From Pseudomonadota bacterium (GTDB lineage Bacteria; Pseudomonadota; Gammaproteobacteria; Burkholderiales; JACQAP01): a stretch of DNA of 64,000 bases. A model generated the notes under the pieces. That model made no database searches. It was not told where the DNA came from and saw only the letters and a program-made list of their open reading frames with translations. The stretch is taken from contig JBBPIT010000006.1 of NCBI GenBank assembly GCA_038040175.1, forward strand, positions 19,991 to 83,990, given 5' to 3'. Positions 36,766-46,931 of the stretch are shown one piece after another; within the stretch, counting starts at the first letter, position 1, and each line of letters opens with the position of its first letter. A program made the position numbers and the translations under genes.

Positions 36766-37368
36766 ATGGCCAATCCGATCCAGTTTTACTTCGACTTCGC
36801 TTCGCCCTACGGGTACATGGCGGCGACGCAGATTTCACGCCTTGCGGCGAAGCACGGCCGCAGCGTCGAGTGGAAGCCGTTCCTGCTCGGTGTCGTGTTC
36901 AAGGTGACCGGCGGCGTGCCGCTGCCCAACGCGCCATTGAAGGGTGAATACAGCAGGCGCGACATGGAGCGCTCCGCGCGGCTGTACGGTATCCCGTTCA
37001 AGGTGCCGAGCAAGTTCCCGATCGCCAGCCAGGCGCCGGCGCGCACCGTCTACTGGCTGGAGCCGCAGGGATCCGCCAGGCAGGAAGAGGCTGTGCTCGC
37101 GCTGTATCGTGCCTACATGGTGGACGATCGGGACATCTCCAGTCCGGAGGTCACTGCCGATGTGGCCGCATCGATCGGCCTGGACAGGCAGAAAGTGCTC
37201 GACGTTATCGCCGACCCGGTGATGAAAGAGCGGCTCAAGACCGAGACCGAGACCGCAATCCAGCGCGGCGTGTGCGGCTCGCCTTACATAATCGTGGACG
37301 CTGAGCCGTTCTGGGGCGCCGACCGTGTGGAGCACGTGGACAAGTGGCTTGCGACCGGGGGCTGGTAA
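36766..37368 (+). CDS. 2-hydroxychromene-2-carboxylate isomerase family (DsbA-like) protein
   Basis: IQFYFDFASPYGYMA ... GSPYIIVDAEPFWGADR are typical of the HCCA isomerase/DsbA family. Confidence 0.82.
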   Translation: MANPIQFYFDFASPYGYMAATQISRLAAKHGRSVEWKPFLLGVVFKVTGGVPLPNAPLKGEYSRRDMERSARLYGIPFKVPSKFPIASQAPARTVYWLEPQGSARQEEAVLALYRAYMVDDRDISSPEVTADVAASIGLDRQKVLDVIADPVMKERLKTETETAIQRGVCGSPYIIVDAEPFWGADRVEHVDKWLATGGW

Positions 37369-37398
37369 CCGGCGTACTGGCATCCGGATCAAAACATC

Positions 37399-39006
37399 AT
37401 GACGGCGATTCGCAGCAAGCTCAATCCGCGCGCACCCGAATTCAAAGCCAGTCAGGAGGCGATGGCGGCGCTGGTGGCCGACCTGAGCGCCAAGGTCGGG
37501 CTCGTCAGCCAGGGTGGCGGCGAGGCGGCGCGGGAGAAACACATCAGCCGCGGCAAGCTGCTGCCGCGCGAGCGCATCCGGCGGTTGCTCGATGTCGGCT
37601 CGCCGTTTCTGGAGCTGTCGCAACTTGCCGCGTGGAACATGTACGACGGCGCGGTGCCGGCCGCCGGCATCATTACCGGCGTGGGGCGGGTAGCGGGGCG
37701 GGAGTGCGTAATCGTTGCCAACGATGCCACGGTGAAGGGCGGCACCTATTTTCCTATGACGGTGAAGAAGCACGTGCGGGCGCAGGAGATTGCGCAGCAG
37801 AACCGGTTGCCGTGCATCTACCTTGTCGATTCCGGCGGTGCTAACCTGTCCACCTGGGACGAAGTGTTCCCGGACCGCGATCATTTCGGGCGGATCTTCT
37901 ACAACCAGGCGAACATGTCGGCGGCCGGGATTCCGCAGATCGCGGTGGTGATGGGTTCATGCACCGCAGGCGGTGCCTACGTGCCGGCGATGGCGGACGA
38001 AGCGATCATCGTCAGGAACCAGGGCACCATCTTTCTGGCCGGGCCGCCGCTGGTGAAGGCCGCGACCGGCGAAGTGGTGAGCGCGGAAGAGCTGGGCGGC
38101 GCGGACGTGCATGCCCGCACTTCCGGCGTCGCCGACCACTACGCGCTCAACGACCCGCATGCACTGGAACTGGCGCGCCGCATCGTTTCGCACCTCAACC
38201 TGAAAAAGGAGATCGCGCTCGAGATCCGCGAGCCGCGCGAGCCGCTTTACGAGGTGGCCGAACTGCACGGCGTGGTGCCCACCGATGCGCGCAAACCGTT
38301 CGACGTGCGCGAGGTGATTGCCCGGATCGTGGACGGCAGCGAACTCGACGAATTCAAGCCGCTTTACGGCACCACACTGCTGTGCGGCTTCGCGCACATC
38401 TTCGGCTACCCGGTCGGAATCGTTGCCAACAACGGCATCCTGTTTTCCGAATCCGCAATGAAGGGGGCACATTTCATCGAGCTGTGCGCGCAGCGGCGCA
38501 TCCCGCTGGTGTTCCTGCAGAACATCACCGGCTTCATGGTAGGCAAAAAATACGAGGCCGGCGGCATCGCCAAGGACGGCGCCAAATTGGTGACTGCCGT
38601 GTCCTGTGCGCGCGTGCCGAAATTCACCGTGATCATCGGCGGCAGCTTCGGCGCCGGCAACTACGGCATGTGTGGCCGCGCCTATAGCCCGCGTTTCCTG
38701 TGGATGTGGCCGAATGCGCGCATCTCGGTGATGGGCGGCGAGCAGGCGGCAGCCGTGCTGGCGCAGGTCAAGCGCGATGGCCTGGAGAAGTCCGGCAAGT
38801 CGTGGAGCCGGGAAGACGAGGAAGCGTTCAAGGCGCCGATCCGCGCGCAGTACGAGACCCAGGGGCATCCGTATTACGCCAGCGCGCGGCTGTGGGACGA
38901 CGGCGTGATCGATCCCGCCGACACCCGCATGGTACTGGGATTGGGAATCTCCGCGGCGCTCAACGCGCCGATCGAGGAAACGCGCTTCGGCGTGTTCCGG
39001 ATGTAG
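37399..39006 (+). CDS. mccB: methylcrotonyl-CoA carboxylase carboxyltransferase (beta) subunit
   Basis: 535 aa, with the carboxyl-transferase N and C domains ([37 protein letters not shown]). Confidence 0.92.
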   Translation: MTAIRSKLNPRAPEFKASQEAMAALVADLSAKVGLVSQGGGEAAREKHISRGKLLPRERIRRLLDVGSPFLELSQLAAWNMYDGAVPAAGIITGVGRVAGRECVIVANDATVKGGTYFPMTVKKHVRAQEIAQQNRLPCIYLVDSGGANLSTWDEVFPDRDHFGRIFYNQANMSAAGIPQIAVVMGSCTAGGAYVPAMADEAIIVRNQGTIFLAGPPLVKAATGEVVSAEELGGADVHARTSGVADHYALNDPHALELARRIVSHLNLKKEIALEIREPREPLYEVAELHGVVPTDARKPFDVREVIARIVDGSELDEFKPLYGTTLLCGFAHIFGYPVGIVANNGILFSESAMKGAHFIELCAQRRIPLVFLQNITGFMVGKKYEAGGIAKDGAKLVTAVSCARVPKFTVIIGGSFGAGNYGMCGRAYSPRFLWMWPNARISVMGGEQAAAVLAQVKRDGLEKSGKSWSREDEEAFKAPIRAQYETQGHPYYASARLWDDGVIDPADTRMVLGLGISAALNAPIEETRFGVFRM

Positions 39007-39009
39007 ACC

Positions 39010-40188
39010 ATGGACGCGCGTTCCTCTCACAGCGGCATGGAGTCGATCTATCTCACCGAGGAGCATGTCGCCCTGCGCGATCAAGTCGCGCGGTTTCTGG
39101 CGAAAGAAGTCGAGCCGCATGGGGAAGCATGGGAAGAACAGGGCCATGTGCCGCGCGAGGTTCTGCGCAAGATGGGCGAGCTGGGATTTTTCGGCATTAC
39201 CTATCCGGCCGAGTATGGTGGCGCGGAGGCCGACGCGCTGACCGCGCTGGTGTTCGCCGAAGCGGTTTCGCGGACGACCTTCGGCGGTTTCGCAGCGACA
39301 GTCCTGGTACACACCGACATGGCCTCGCCGCACCTGGTCAACGCAGGCTCAAAGGCGCAGCTCGACAAATACCTGCCCGCGGTCATCCGTGGAGAGCGCA
39401 TCACCGCGGTCGCGGTCACCGAGCCGGACGCCGGATCCGACGTTGCAGCAATCCGCACGCGCGCCCGCAGGGACGGCAACGGCTGGGTGCTGAACGGCGC
39501 CAAGATGTTTATCACCAACGGAGTGCACGCGGATCTTTACTTCGTCGCGGCGCGCACCGACCCCGAAGCCAAGGGGTCAAGCGGCATCTCGATGTTCATC
39601 GTCGAGAAAGGCCTGCCGGGGTTCCGCGTCGGCCGCGCACTGAAGAAGACCGGCTGGCTGTGCTCGGACACGGCGGAACTGGTGTTCGAGGACTGCCGCG
39701 TGCCGGCGGAGAACCTGCTCGGGGAAGAGAATGCCGGCTTCTACGCGGTGATGAAGAATTTCCAGACCGAGCGTATCGCCGCGGCCGCCATTGCGGTCGG
39801 CCACGCGCTGACCGCGTTGCGTCTGACCGTCGAGTACGTTAAGAGCCGCAAGGCCTTCGGCGGGGTGCTGTTCGACAAGCAGGTGATCCGCCAGCGCCTG
39901 GCGATGCTGGAGGCCAAAACGCACGCGGCGCGCCAGTTTCTCTACCACTGCGGATGGCTGGCGGCGCAGCGGCGCGACTGCGTGCGCGAAGTGTCGATGC
40001 TGAAAGCCCTGACCGGCGAACTGGTGAACGAAGTGCTTTACACCTGCCAGCAGTTCCATGGTGGCATGGGATACATGCGCGAGAGCGCCATCGAGCGCCT
40101 GGCGCGGGATTCGCGCGTGCTCTCCATCGGCGGCGGCGCGACCGAAGTGATGCTTGAGGAAGTGGCGAAGCGTTTCGCGCCGGACTGA
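39010..40188 (+). CDS. acyl-CoA dehydrogenase family protein
   Basis: ACAD N, middle and C domains (TEPDAGSDVAAIRT, QFHGGMGYM). Confidence 0.88.
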   Translation: MDARSSHSGMESIYLTEEHVALRDQVARFLAKEVEPHGEAWEEQGHVPREVLRKMGELGFFGITYPAEYGGAEADALTALVFAEAVSRTTFGGFAATVLVHTDMASPHLVNAGSKAQLDKYLPAVIRGERITAVAVTEPDAGSDVAAIRTRARRDGNGWVLNGAKMFITNGVHADLYFVAARTDPEAKGSSGISMFIVEKGLPGFRVGRALKKTGWLCSDTAELVFEDCRVPAENLLGEENAGFYAVMKNFQTERIAAAAIAVGHALTALRLTVEYVKSRKAFGGVLFDKQVIRQRLAMLEAKTHAARQFLYHCGWLAAQRRDCVREVSMLKALTGELVNEVLYTCQQFHGGMGYMRESAIERLARDSRVLSIGGGATEVMLEEVAKRFAPD

Positions 40189-40214
40189 GACTGGAAAAGA
40201 AGAACGCAACGACG

Positions 40215-41006
40215 ATGAAATACGACACCCTGGAAACCGACACCACGCAGGGGCTGGCCGTGGTGCGGATGAACCGTCCGGAAGTGCACAACGCCTTCGA
40301 CGACCACCTGATCGCGGAGCTGACCACGGAACTGCGCCGGCTCGACCAGGCGCCGGAAGTGCGCGTCGTCGTGCTCGCCGCCAACGGCAAGAGCTTCTCC
40401 GCGGGTGCGGACCTCAACTGGATGCAGCGCATGGCGAAATATTCCGAGGCCGAGAACCTGCGCGACGCGGTGGCGATGGCCGGGCTGATGCGCATGCTGC
40501 ACGGAATGCACAAACCGACGATTGCGCGGGTGCAGGGCGCGGCGTTTGGCGGCGGCGTCGGGCTGGTCGCGTGCTGCGACATTGCGGTGGCTGCCGCTGA
40601 AGCGTCGTTCTCATTGTCTGAAGTGCGGCTGGGGCTGATCCCCTCGGTGATCAGTCCCTACGTCATCGCCGCAATCGGCGAGCGCGAGGCGCGGCGTTAT
40701 TTCCTTACGGCCGAGCGCTTCGGCGCCGAGGAGGCCAGGCGCATCGGCCTGGTGCACGAAGTCACCACCGGCGACCGGCTTGATGAGGCGGTGAAAAATT
40801 TCGCCGACCAGCTGCTCAAGGGCGGGCCGAACGCGCTGGCAGCGGCAAAGAAGCTGATTGCAGACGTTGCCCGCCATCCGCTGGACGATGCGCTGATGGA
40901 AGAAACCGCGTGGCGCATCGCTTCGATCCGCGTCAGTGCGGAAGGCCGCGAAGGTTTGAGCGCTTTCCTGGAGAAGCACCCGCCTGCCTGGACGAAGAAA
41001 TCTTGA
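40215..41006 (+). CDS. liuC: enoyl-CoA hydratase / methylglutaconyl-CoA hydratase
   Basis: Crotonase fold (FSAGADLNWM ... GAAFGGGVGLVACCDIAVA), positioned between the mcc subunit genes. Confidence 0.88.
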   Translation: MKYDTLETDTTQGLAVVRMNRPEVHNAFDDHLIAELTTELRRLDQAPEVRVVVLAANGKSFSAGADLNWMQRMAKYSEAENLRDAVAMAGLMRMLHGMHKPTIARVQGAAFGGGVGLVACCDIAVAAAEASFSLSEVRLGLIPSVISPYVIAAIGEREARRYFLTAERFGAEEARRIGLVHEVTTGDRLDEAVKNFADQLLKGGPNALAAAKKLIADVARHPLDDALMEETAWRIASIRVSAEGREGLSAFLEKHPPAWTKKS

Positions 41007-41016
41007 ACTGAATTTC

Positions 41017-43032
41017 ATGTTTGAGAAAATACTCATAGCCAACAGAGGCGAGATCGCCTGCCGTGTCGCGCGCACCGCGAAACGGCTCGGCATACGCACT
41101 GTCGCCGTTTATTCGGAGGCGGACGCAACCGCGCTGCATGTGGCGAGCTGCGACGAGGCCTACCTGATCGGGCCGGCGCATCCGCGCGAATCGTATTTGC
41201 GCGCGGACCGCATCCTCGAGGCTGCGAAGAAAAGCGGCGCGCAGGCGATCCATCCCGGTTACGGCTTCCTGTCCGAGAACGGGGAGTTTGCGAAGGCTTG
41301 CGGGCAGGCCGGGGTGGTGTTCATCGGTCCGCCGGCTGGAGCGATCGAGGCGATGGGATCGAAGAGCGCCGCAAAGGCGCTGATGGAAAAGGCCGGTGTG
41401 CCGCTGGTGCCCGGCTATCACGGCGCCGCGCAGGACGCCGCGACGCTCAAGAAGGAAGCCGATCGCATCGGCTACCCGGTGCTGATCAAGGCGTCCGCAG
41501 GAGGCGGCGGCAAGGGCATGCGGGTGGTCGGGAAGGCGGGGGATTTTGCCGATGCGCTCGCTGCGGCAAAGCGCGAAGCGGCCTCCTCGTTCGGCGACGA
41601 CCGGGTGCTCATCGAAAAGTATCTCACCCGTCCACGGCACATCGAGGTGCAGGTGTTCGCGGACACGCAGGGGCATTGCGTGTACTTGTTCGAGCGCGAC
41701 TGCTCGGTACAGCGCCGCCATCAAAAAATCCTGGAGGAGGCGCCGGCACCGGGAATGACGGCTGAACGCCGCCGCGAAATGGGCAACGCCGCGGTTTCGG
41801 CGGCGCGGGCGGTCGGCTACGTGAATGCCGGCACGGTGGAATTCATCGCCGACGAACACGGTCACTTCTACTTCATGGAAATGAACACCCGGCTGCAGGT
41901 CGAGCATCCGGTCACCGAGATGATCACTGGGCTCGATCTGGTCGAATGGCAGTTGCGGGTTGCTTCCGGGGAACCGCTGCCGCTGGCGCAGGAGCAATTG
42001 GCGATCAAGGGCCACGCGATCGAGGCGCGCGTGTACGCGGAAGACCCCGCGCGAGGTTTTCTTCCCGCCGCCGGGCGCATCGAGCACCTGCGCCAGCCGG
42101 AGGAGTCGGCGCACGTGCGCGTGGACAGCGGCGTACAGACGGGCGACGAAGTCGGTGTGCATTACGATCCGATGATCGCCAAGCTGATTGCCTGGGATGC
42201 AGACCGCCCTTCCGCGTTGCGCCGGTTGCGCGCTGCGCTCGGCGAGTTTCAGATCGTCGGGCTGACCAGCAATCTGGCGTTTCTTTCCGCCGTCACCGCA
42301 CATCACGCGTTCGCCGAAGCGCATCGCGAGCCGGGATTGCTCGATACCGGCCTGATCGAGCGTTATCGGACCGAGCTGTTCCAGGACACCGGGCCGGCAT
42401 CCGACCCGATCCTGGCGATCGCGGTATTGAGCGAACTGCTGCGCATGGATCGCGAAGCGGCGCAGGCCGCGATGCGCTCAGCGGACCCTTTCTCGCCCTG
42501 GAATGCGCGCGATGGCTGGCGCCTGAACGAGGACAACCATCACACCTTCGTGTTCATCGACGCCGGCAAGCGCGTGGAAGTGGTCGCGCACTACCGAAAC
42601 CGCGGTTATCTGCTGGACCTGCCCGGTGGAAAGATGTTGGCCTCCGGAGAAGTCGCCGGCGACCGAATGATCAATGCCGATCTCGCCGGCAATCGTACCC
42701 GCGCCACGGTGGTCCGCCGGGTCAACGAGTTGACGGTGTTTGCCTTCGGCGGCAGCCATCGGCTCGAATTCGAGACCCCCGCCACCGTCGAGGAAGAGGA
42801 TCCGTCCGGCAGGCTGGTCTCGCCGCTGCCTGGAGCCGTGATCCAGGTGCTGGTCAAGGACGGCGAAGCGGTACAGAAAGGCCAGGCGCTGATGATCATC
42901 GAGGCGATGAAAATGGAGCACACCATCTCGGCGCCGCAGAGCGGGACGGTCAAGCGGATATACTTTGCGGCAGGCGAGCAGGTCGCCGAAGGCGCGCAAC
43001 TGCTCGAGTTCGAGGAAACGACCAAAGCATGA
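41017..43032 (+). CDS. mccA: methylcrotonyl-CoA carboxylase biotin-carboxylase/BCCP (alpha) subunit
   Basis: The ATP-grasp biotin carboxylase reads KILIANRGEIACRV. The C-terminal biotinyl motif is IIEAMKMEH. Confidence 0.92.
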   Translation: MFEKILIANRGEIACRVARTAKRLGIRTVAVYSEADATALHVASCDEAYLIGPAHPRESYLRADRILEAAKKSGAQAIHPGYGFLSENGEFAKACGQAGVVFIGPPAGAIEAMGSKSAAKALMEKAGVPLVPGYHGAAQDAATLKKEADRIGYPVLIKASAGGGGKGMRVVGKAGDFADALAAAKREAASSFGDDRVLIEKYLTRPRHIEVQVFADTQGHCVYLFERDCSVQRRHQKILEEAPAPGMTAERRREMGNAAVSAARAVGYVNAGTVEFIADEHGHFYFMEMNTRLQVEHPVTEMITGLDLVEWQLRVASGEPLPLAQEQLAIKGHAIEARVYAEDPARGFLPAAGRIEHLRQPEESAHVRVDSGVQTGDEVGVHYDPMIAKLIAWDADRPSALRRLRAALGEFQIVGLTSNLAFLSAVTAHHAFAEAHREPGLLDTGLIERYRTELFQDTGPASDPILAIAVLSELLRMDREAAQAAMRSADPFSPWNARDGWRLNEDNHHTFVFIDAGKRVEVVAHYRNRGYLLDLPGGKMLASGEVAGDRMINADLAGNRTRATVVRRVNELTVFAFGGSHRLEFETPATVEEEDPSGRLVSPLPGAVIQVLVKDGEAVQKGQALMIIEAMKMEHTISAPQSGTVKRIYFAAGEQVAEGAQLLEFEETTKA

Positions 43033-43946
43033 AATACCCGAAACGCGTCAAGATGGTTGAAGTCGGTCCGCGCGACGGCTTGCAGAACGAGCCCGGCAGC
43101 GTTCCTGCCGAAGTCAAGGTCGCGCTGATCGATCGCCTGTCGGATGCCGGTCTGCCCGCGGTCGAAGCGGGCAGTTTCGTTTCGCCCACGTGGGTGCCGC
43201 AGATGGCGGATACCGCGGAAGTCATGGCGCGCATCCGCCGCAAGCCGGGAGTCGCCTATCCGGTGCTGGTGCCGAACATGCAAGGCCTGGAAGGTGCGCT
43301 CGCGGCCAAGGCCGAAGAAATCGCGATTTTTGGCGCGGCGACCGAGGCGTTCTCGAAACGCAACATCAATTGCAGCATTGACGAATCGCTGGAGCGCTTC
43401 GAACCGGTGTGCCGGGCCGCGCTCGACCACGGCATGCGCGTGCGCGGCTACATGTCTGTGGTACTCGGTTGCCCATACGAAGGCGACGTCAAGCCGGAAG
43501 CCGTTGCGGCAGTGTCGCAGCGGCTCTACGACATGGGTTGCTACGAAATCTCGCTCGGCGACACCATCGGCACCGGCACGCCGGCCAAGGCGCAGCGCAT
43601 GATCGAAGTGGTGGCGAAGAAGATTCCGGTCGAGAAGCTCGCCGGTCATTTCCACGACACCTACGGACAAGCGCTTGCCAACATCCTCGCGGTGATGGAA
43701 ATGGGGGTTGCCACTTTCGACAGTTCGGTGGCGGGACTGGGCGGCTGCCCGTACGCGAAGGGCGCGACCGGCAACGTCGCCAGCGAAGACGTGCTTTACA
43801 TGCTCGGCGGCCTGGGCATCGAAACCGGCGTGGACATGGCCAAGCTGCTCGATGCGGCCGAGTTCATCTGCGCGCAACTCAAGCGTCCGACTGTATCGCG
43901 CGCCGGCCGCGCGCTCGCGGCCAAACGCGAAAAAGCGGCGGCATGA
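43029..43946 (+). CDS. hmgL: hydroxymethylglutaryl-CoA lyase
   Basis: KMVEVGPRDGLQNE ... GHFHDTYGQALAN ... GLGGCPYA motifs. Its ATG overlaps the mccA stop. Confidence 0.9.
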   Translation: MKYPKRVKMVEVGPRDGLQNEPGSVPAEVKVALIDRLSDAGLPAVEAGSFVSPTWVPQMADTAEVMARIRRKPGVAYPVLVPNMQGLEGALAAKAEEIAIFGAATEAFSKRNINCSIDESLERFEPVCRAALDHGMRVRGYMSVVLGCPYEGDVKPEAVAAVSQRLYDMGCYEISLGDTIGTGTPAKAQRMIEVVAKKIPVEKLAGHFHDTYGQALANILAVMEMGVATFDSSVAGLGGCPYAKGATGNVASEDVLYMLGGLGIETGVDMAKLLDAAEFICAQLKRPTVSRAGRALAAKREKAAA

Positions 43947-44140
43947 AATCGGAGCGCAAGGACATCCACTCGCCCTGCGTCAATGTCTGCGAGATGAATC
44001 CGTTCACCGGCCTGTGCCGCGGTTGCTTTCGCACCCTCGACGAAATCGCCGGCTGGCTCGATTTTTCCGTGTCCGAGAAACTTGAAGTGCTCGAATGCCT
44101 CGACGAGCGGCGTCCGGGCCACTCCCTTCAACTGAAATGA
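43943..44140 (+). CDS. DUF1289-like small Cys-rich protein
   Basis: 65 aa, SPCVNVCEMNPFTGLCRGCFRTLDEIAGW. Its ATG overlaps the lyase stop. Confidence 0.72.
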   Translation: MKSERKDIHSPCVNVCEMNPFTGLCRGCFRTLDEIAGWLDFSVSEKLEVLECLDERRPGHSLQLK

Positions 44141-44244
44141 CGCTCAGCTCCTGTCACGCCTGGGCGAGCGACATTCCGGTGATCGCAAAACGCTTTCCGG
44201 AGTTCTATAGCGGCCTTAAGAAGACTCCAGGCTGACCCAGGCTG

Positions 44245-45414
44245 ATGCGCCCCAAACCGCTCTCGGGATTTCGCGTTCTCGATCTCACCCGTCTTCTTCC
44301 CGGCCCGGTGTGCACGCTGCATCTGGCCGATCTCGGCGCCGACGTCATCAAGATCGAAGATACCGGCGCCGGCGACTATGCCCGCACGATGGGCGCCGGG
44401 GCCGGTCGGACGGCGCCCTTGTTTCTCGCCATCAACCGTAACAAGCGCGCGCTGCGCCTGGACTTGAAAAAATCAGAAGGCGTCGAAGTGTTCCTGCGCT
44501 TGGCGCGCAACGCGGACATCGTGGTGGAGAGTTTCCGCCCGGGGGTCGTGGACCGGCTCGGCATCGGTTATGCCGCATGCAGCGAAGTCAATCCGCGCAT
44601 CGTCTATTGCGCAATTTCCGGATACGGACAGACCGGTCCTTACCGCGATCTGGCCGGGCACGACGTGAATTACTGCGGGTACGCCGGGTTCATCGATCAG
44701 GTGGGCCCGGCCGGCGGCGATCCGGTGATACCGAATCTCCAGGTCGCGGACATCCTCGGCGGCGCGGTGGTGCCGGCTATGGGCATTCTTGCGGCGTTGG
44801 TGGACGCGCAGCGCAGCGGTCAGGGACGGTACGTCGACGTGGCCATGACCGAAGGCGTGCTCTCGCACAACCTGCAGGCGCTCGCTGCCGTGGCTTCCAC
44901 CGGGCACGCTCGCCCCCGCGGCGAGGACTTTCTCTCCGGCCGCGAACCCTGCTACGCGGTCTATCGCACTTCCGACGGCAAGTACATGGCGGTCGGCGCG
45001 CTGGAGAGGAAATTCTGGGATCGTGTCTGCGACGTGCTGGCGCGGCCCGACCTCAAGGCCTGCCACTGGGAACTCCGCGACAAGGATCCGCAGTGGGGCA
45101 AGGAAGAACTGAGCAGAATCTTCGCCGCCCGGCCGCAGGCCTACTGGGTCGAAAAATTCCGCGGTGAAGACTGCTGCGTGACGCCGGTGCTGGTGCTCGA
45201 AGAGAGCTTCGAAGATCCGCAGATCAGGGCGCGCGGGATGGTCGTTCGCAACGGCGATGTGCTGCAGTTGGCCCCGCCTCTGAAAATGAGCGAGTACGAG
45301 TTTGCCGTGGAGCGCCCTGCGCCCGCCCCCGGCGAACACAGCGACCAGATTCTCCGTGAAGCCGGCTACGCCGATGCGGCGATCGGGAAATTGCGCGCAG
45401 CCGGCGTGATCTGA
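44245..45414 (+). CDS. family III CoA-transferase (CaiB/BaiF family)
   Basis: GFRVLDLTRLLPGPVCTLHLADLGADVIKIE is a typical N-terminus. Confidence 0.87.
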   Translation: MRPKPLSGFRVLDLTRLLPGPVCTLHLADLGADVIKIEDTGAGDYARTMGAGAGRTAPLFLAINRNKRALRLDLKKSEGVEVFLRLARNADIVVESFRPGVVDRLGIGYAACSEVNPRIVYCAISGYGQTGPYRDLAGHDVNYCGYAGFIDQVGPAGGDPVIPNLQVADILGGAVVPAMGILAALVDAQRSGQGRYVDVAMTEGVLSHNLQALAAVASTGHARPRGEDFLSGREPCYAVYRTSDGKYMAVGALERKFWDRVCDVLARPDLKACHWELRDKDPQWGKEELSRIFAARPQAYWVEKFRGEDCCVTPVLVLEESFEDPQIRARGMVVRNGDVLQLAPPLKMSEYEFAVERPAPAPGEHSDQILREAGYADAAIGKLRAAGVI

Positions 45415-45434
45415 ACCTGCGCGGCCGGCGCTGT

Positions 45435-46055
45435 TCAGGTCATCGGCAGCATCACGATCTTCTTGTACGCGGGGCGGGCAGTCAGCGCGTTGTACCAGCG
45501 CTCCAGATTCGGCATCTCCGGATGGTCGATGGGCAGGGTCATCCAGCGCTGGATTGCACAACCCATCGGAATGTCGCCCATGGTGAGCGCGTCGCCGGCG
45601 ACGTACGCGCGGTTCTTGAGGTGCGCATCGAGATACTCCAGGATCTCGGCGGTCTTGAGGCGCGAGTCTTCCATCGCCTTGTCGTCGCGTTGATCGGCCG
45701 GAGTGCGCACCAGGTTCCAGAACAGCGGCCGGAAGGTCGGCCAGAACGTCGTGTTCTGCCAGTCCATCCACTTGTCGGCTTCGGCGCGGACCTTGAGGTC
45801 CTCGGGCCAGAGTTTGCCGGCGCTGTGCTTGGCGGCGAGATAGCGCACGTTTGCGTTCGACTCCCAGAGCACGAAGCCGTCGTCTTCGATGGTCGGCACC
45901 AAACCGTTCGGATTGAGGTTGCGGTATTGAGGCGTGTTCACCACGCCGAAGGTGCTGCCGGCGTCCACCCGCTCGTACTGAACGCCCATTTCCTCGCAGC
46001 ACCACAGCGGCTTCTGGACGTTGACCGAGTTGTTGCGACCCCAGATTCTCAGCAT
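45435..46055 (-). CDS. glutathione S-transferase (GstB-like)
   Basis: MLRIWGRNNSVNVQKPLW...NPNGLVPTIED. The start at 46055 is preceded by GGGGAGGA. The track ORF extends to 46118. Confidence 0.85.
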   Translation of the reverse strand: MLRIWGRNNSVNVQKPLWCCEEMGVQYERVDAGSTFGVVNTPQYRNLNPNGLVPTIEDDGFVLWESNANVRYLAAKHSAGKLWPEDLKVRAEADKWMDWQNTTFWPTFRPLFWNLVRTPADQRDDKAMEDSRLKTAEILEYLDAHLKNRAYVAGDALTMGDIPMGCAIQRWMTLPIDHPEMPNLERWYNALTARPAYKKIVMLPMT

Positions 46056-46083
46056 GGCATCCTCCCCGGTTAAGATCTTGTTG

Positions 46084-46929
46084 TCAGCTTGAAGCGCCGA
46101 GTTCGGCGAGCGCCGCATCGATCAGTCGTCGGGAAATGCTGATCTTGCTCGGCAATGCCTGCGGCAGCCGGTCTGCGGTAAACCAGCCCGCGGCCTCGAT
46201 TTCGCTGGGATCGGGGGTGATCTCGCCGCCGGCGTAGTCGGCGTAGAAGGCGATCATCAGCGAATGCGGGAACGGCCAAGGCTGGCTGGCGAAGTATCGC
46301 AGGTTGGCGACTTCGATGCCGACTTCCTCGCGCACTTCGCGTACCAGCGTCTGCTCCAGGGTTTCCCCCGGCTCGACGAAGCCGGCGAGCGCGCTGTACA
46401 TGCCGGGCGGAAAATGCGGCGAACGCGCCAGCAACAGCTCGCTGCCCCTTCTGACCAGCGCCATGACCGCGGGGGCGATGCGCGGGTAGTGCGACTGGCC
46501 GCAATTCGGACAGACGCGCGCCCGCTCGTTGGCTTTCGGCTGGGTCGGTGTGCCGCAGTGGCCGCAGAACTGGTGGGATCGGTTCCAGTCGACGATCTGG
46601 AATGCGCGCCCCGCGAGCGCGAACAGCGAATCGTCGAGCGCGCCGAACAGCGCACGCAATCCCGACAGCTGCATGCCCTCCGGCGGCGTGACGTTCTCCT
46701 CCAGCTCGCAGGCGAAGCAATGCTGCTCGCCGAGGATGCCGAGGTACTGGCTGCGTTTCGGCGCGAGTCCGAATTCGCGCGGATCGGAAGCCGAGGGAAC
46801 GCTCGCGCTTTGCGCGCCGCGCACGATCAGGATCTGCGAGCCCTGGAATGCGAACCACAGCGCCGGCCCCTTCCAATCGGCCGGCGGACTGATCAGCGCG
46901 GTGAACCGATCGGGAGCGGCTAGGATCAT
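46084..46929 (-). CDS. nudC: NAD(+) diphosphatase (Nudix)
   Basis: The zinc ribbon reads CGHCGTPTQPKANERARVCPNCG. The Nudix box reads GFVEPGETLEQTLVREVREEVG. Confidence 0.87.
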   Translation of the reverse strand: MILAAPDRFTALISPPADWKGPALWFAFQGSQILIVRGAQSASVPSASDPREFGLAPKRSQYLGILGEQHCFACELEENVTPPEGMQLSGLRALFGALDDSLFALAGRAFQIVDWNRSHQFCGHCGTPTQPKANERARVCPNCGQSHYPRIAPAVMALVRRGSELLLARSPHFPPGMYSALAGFVEPGETLEQTLVREVREEVGIEVANLRYFASQPWPFPHSLMIAFYADYAGGEITPDPSEIEAAGWFTADRLPQALPSKISISRRLIDAALAELGASS

Positions 46930-46931
46930 CG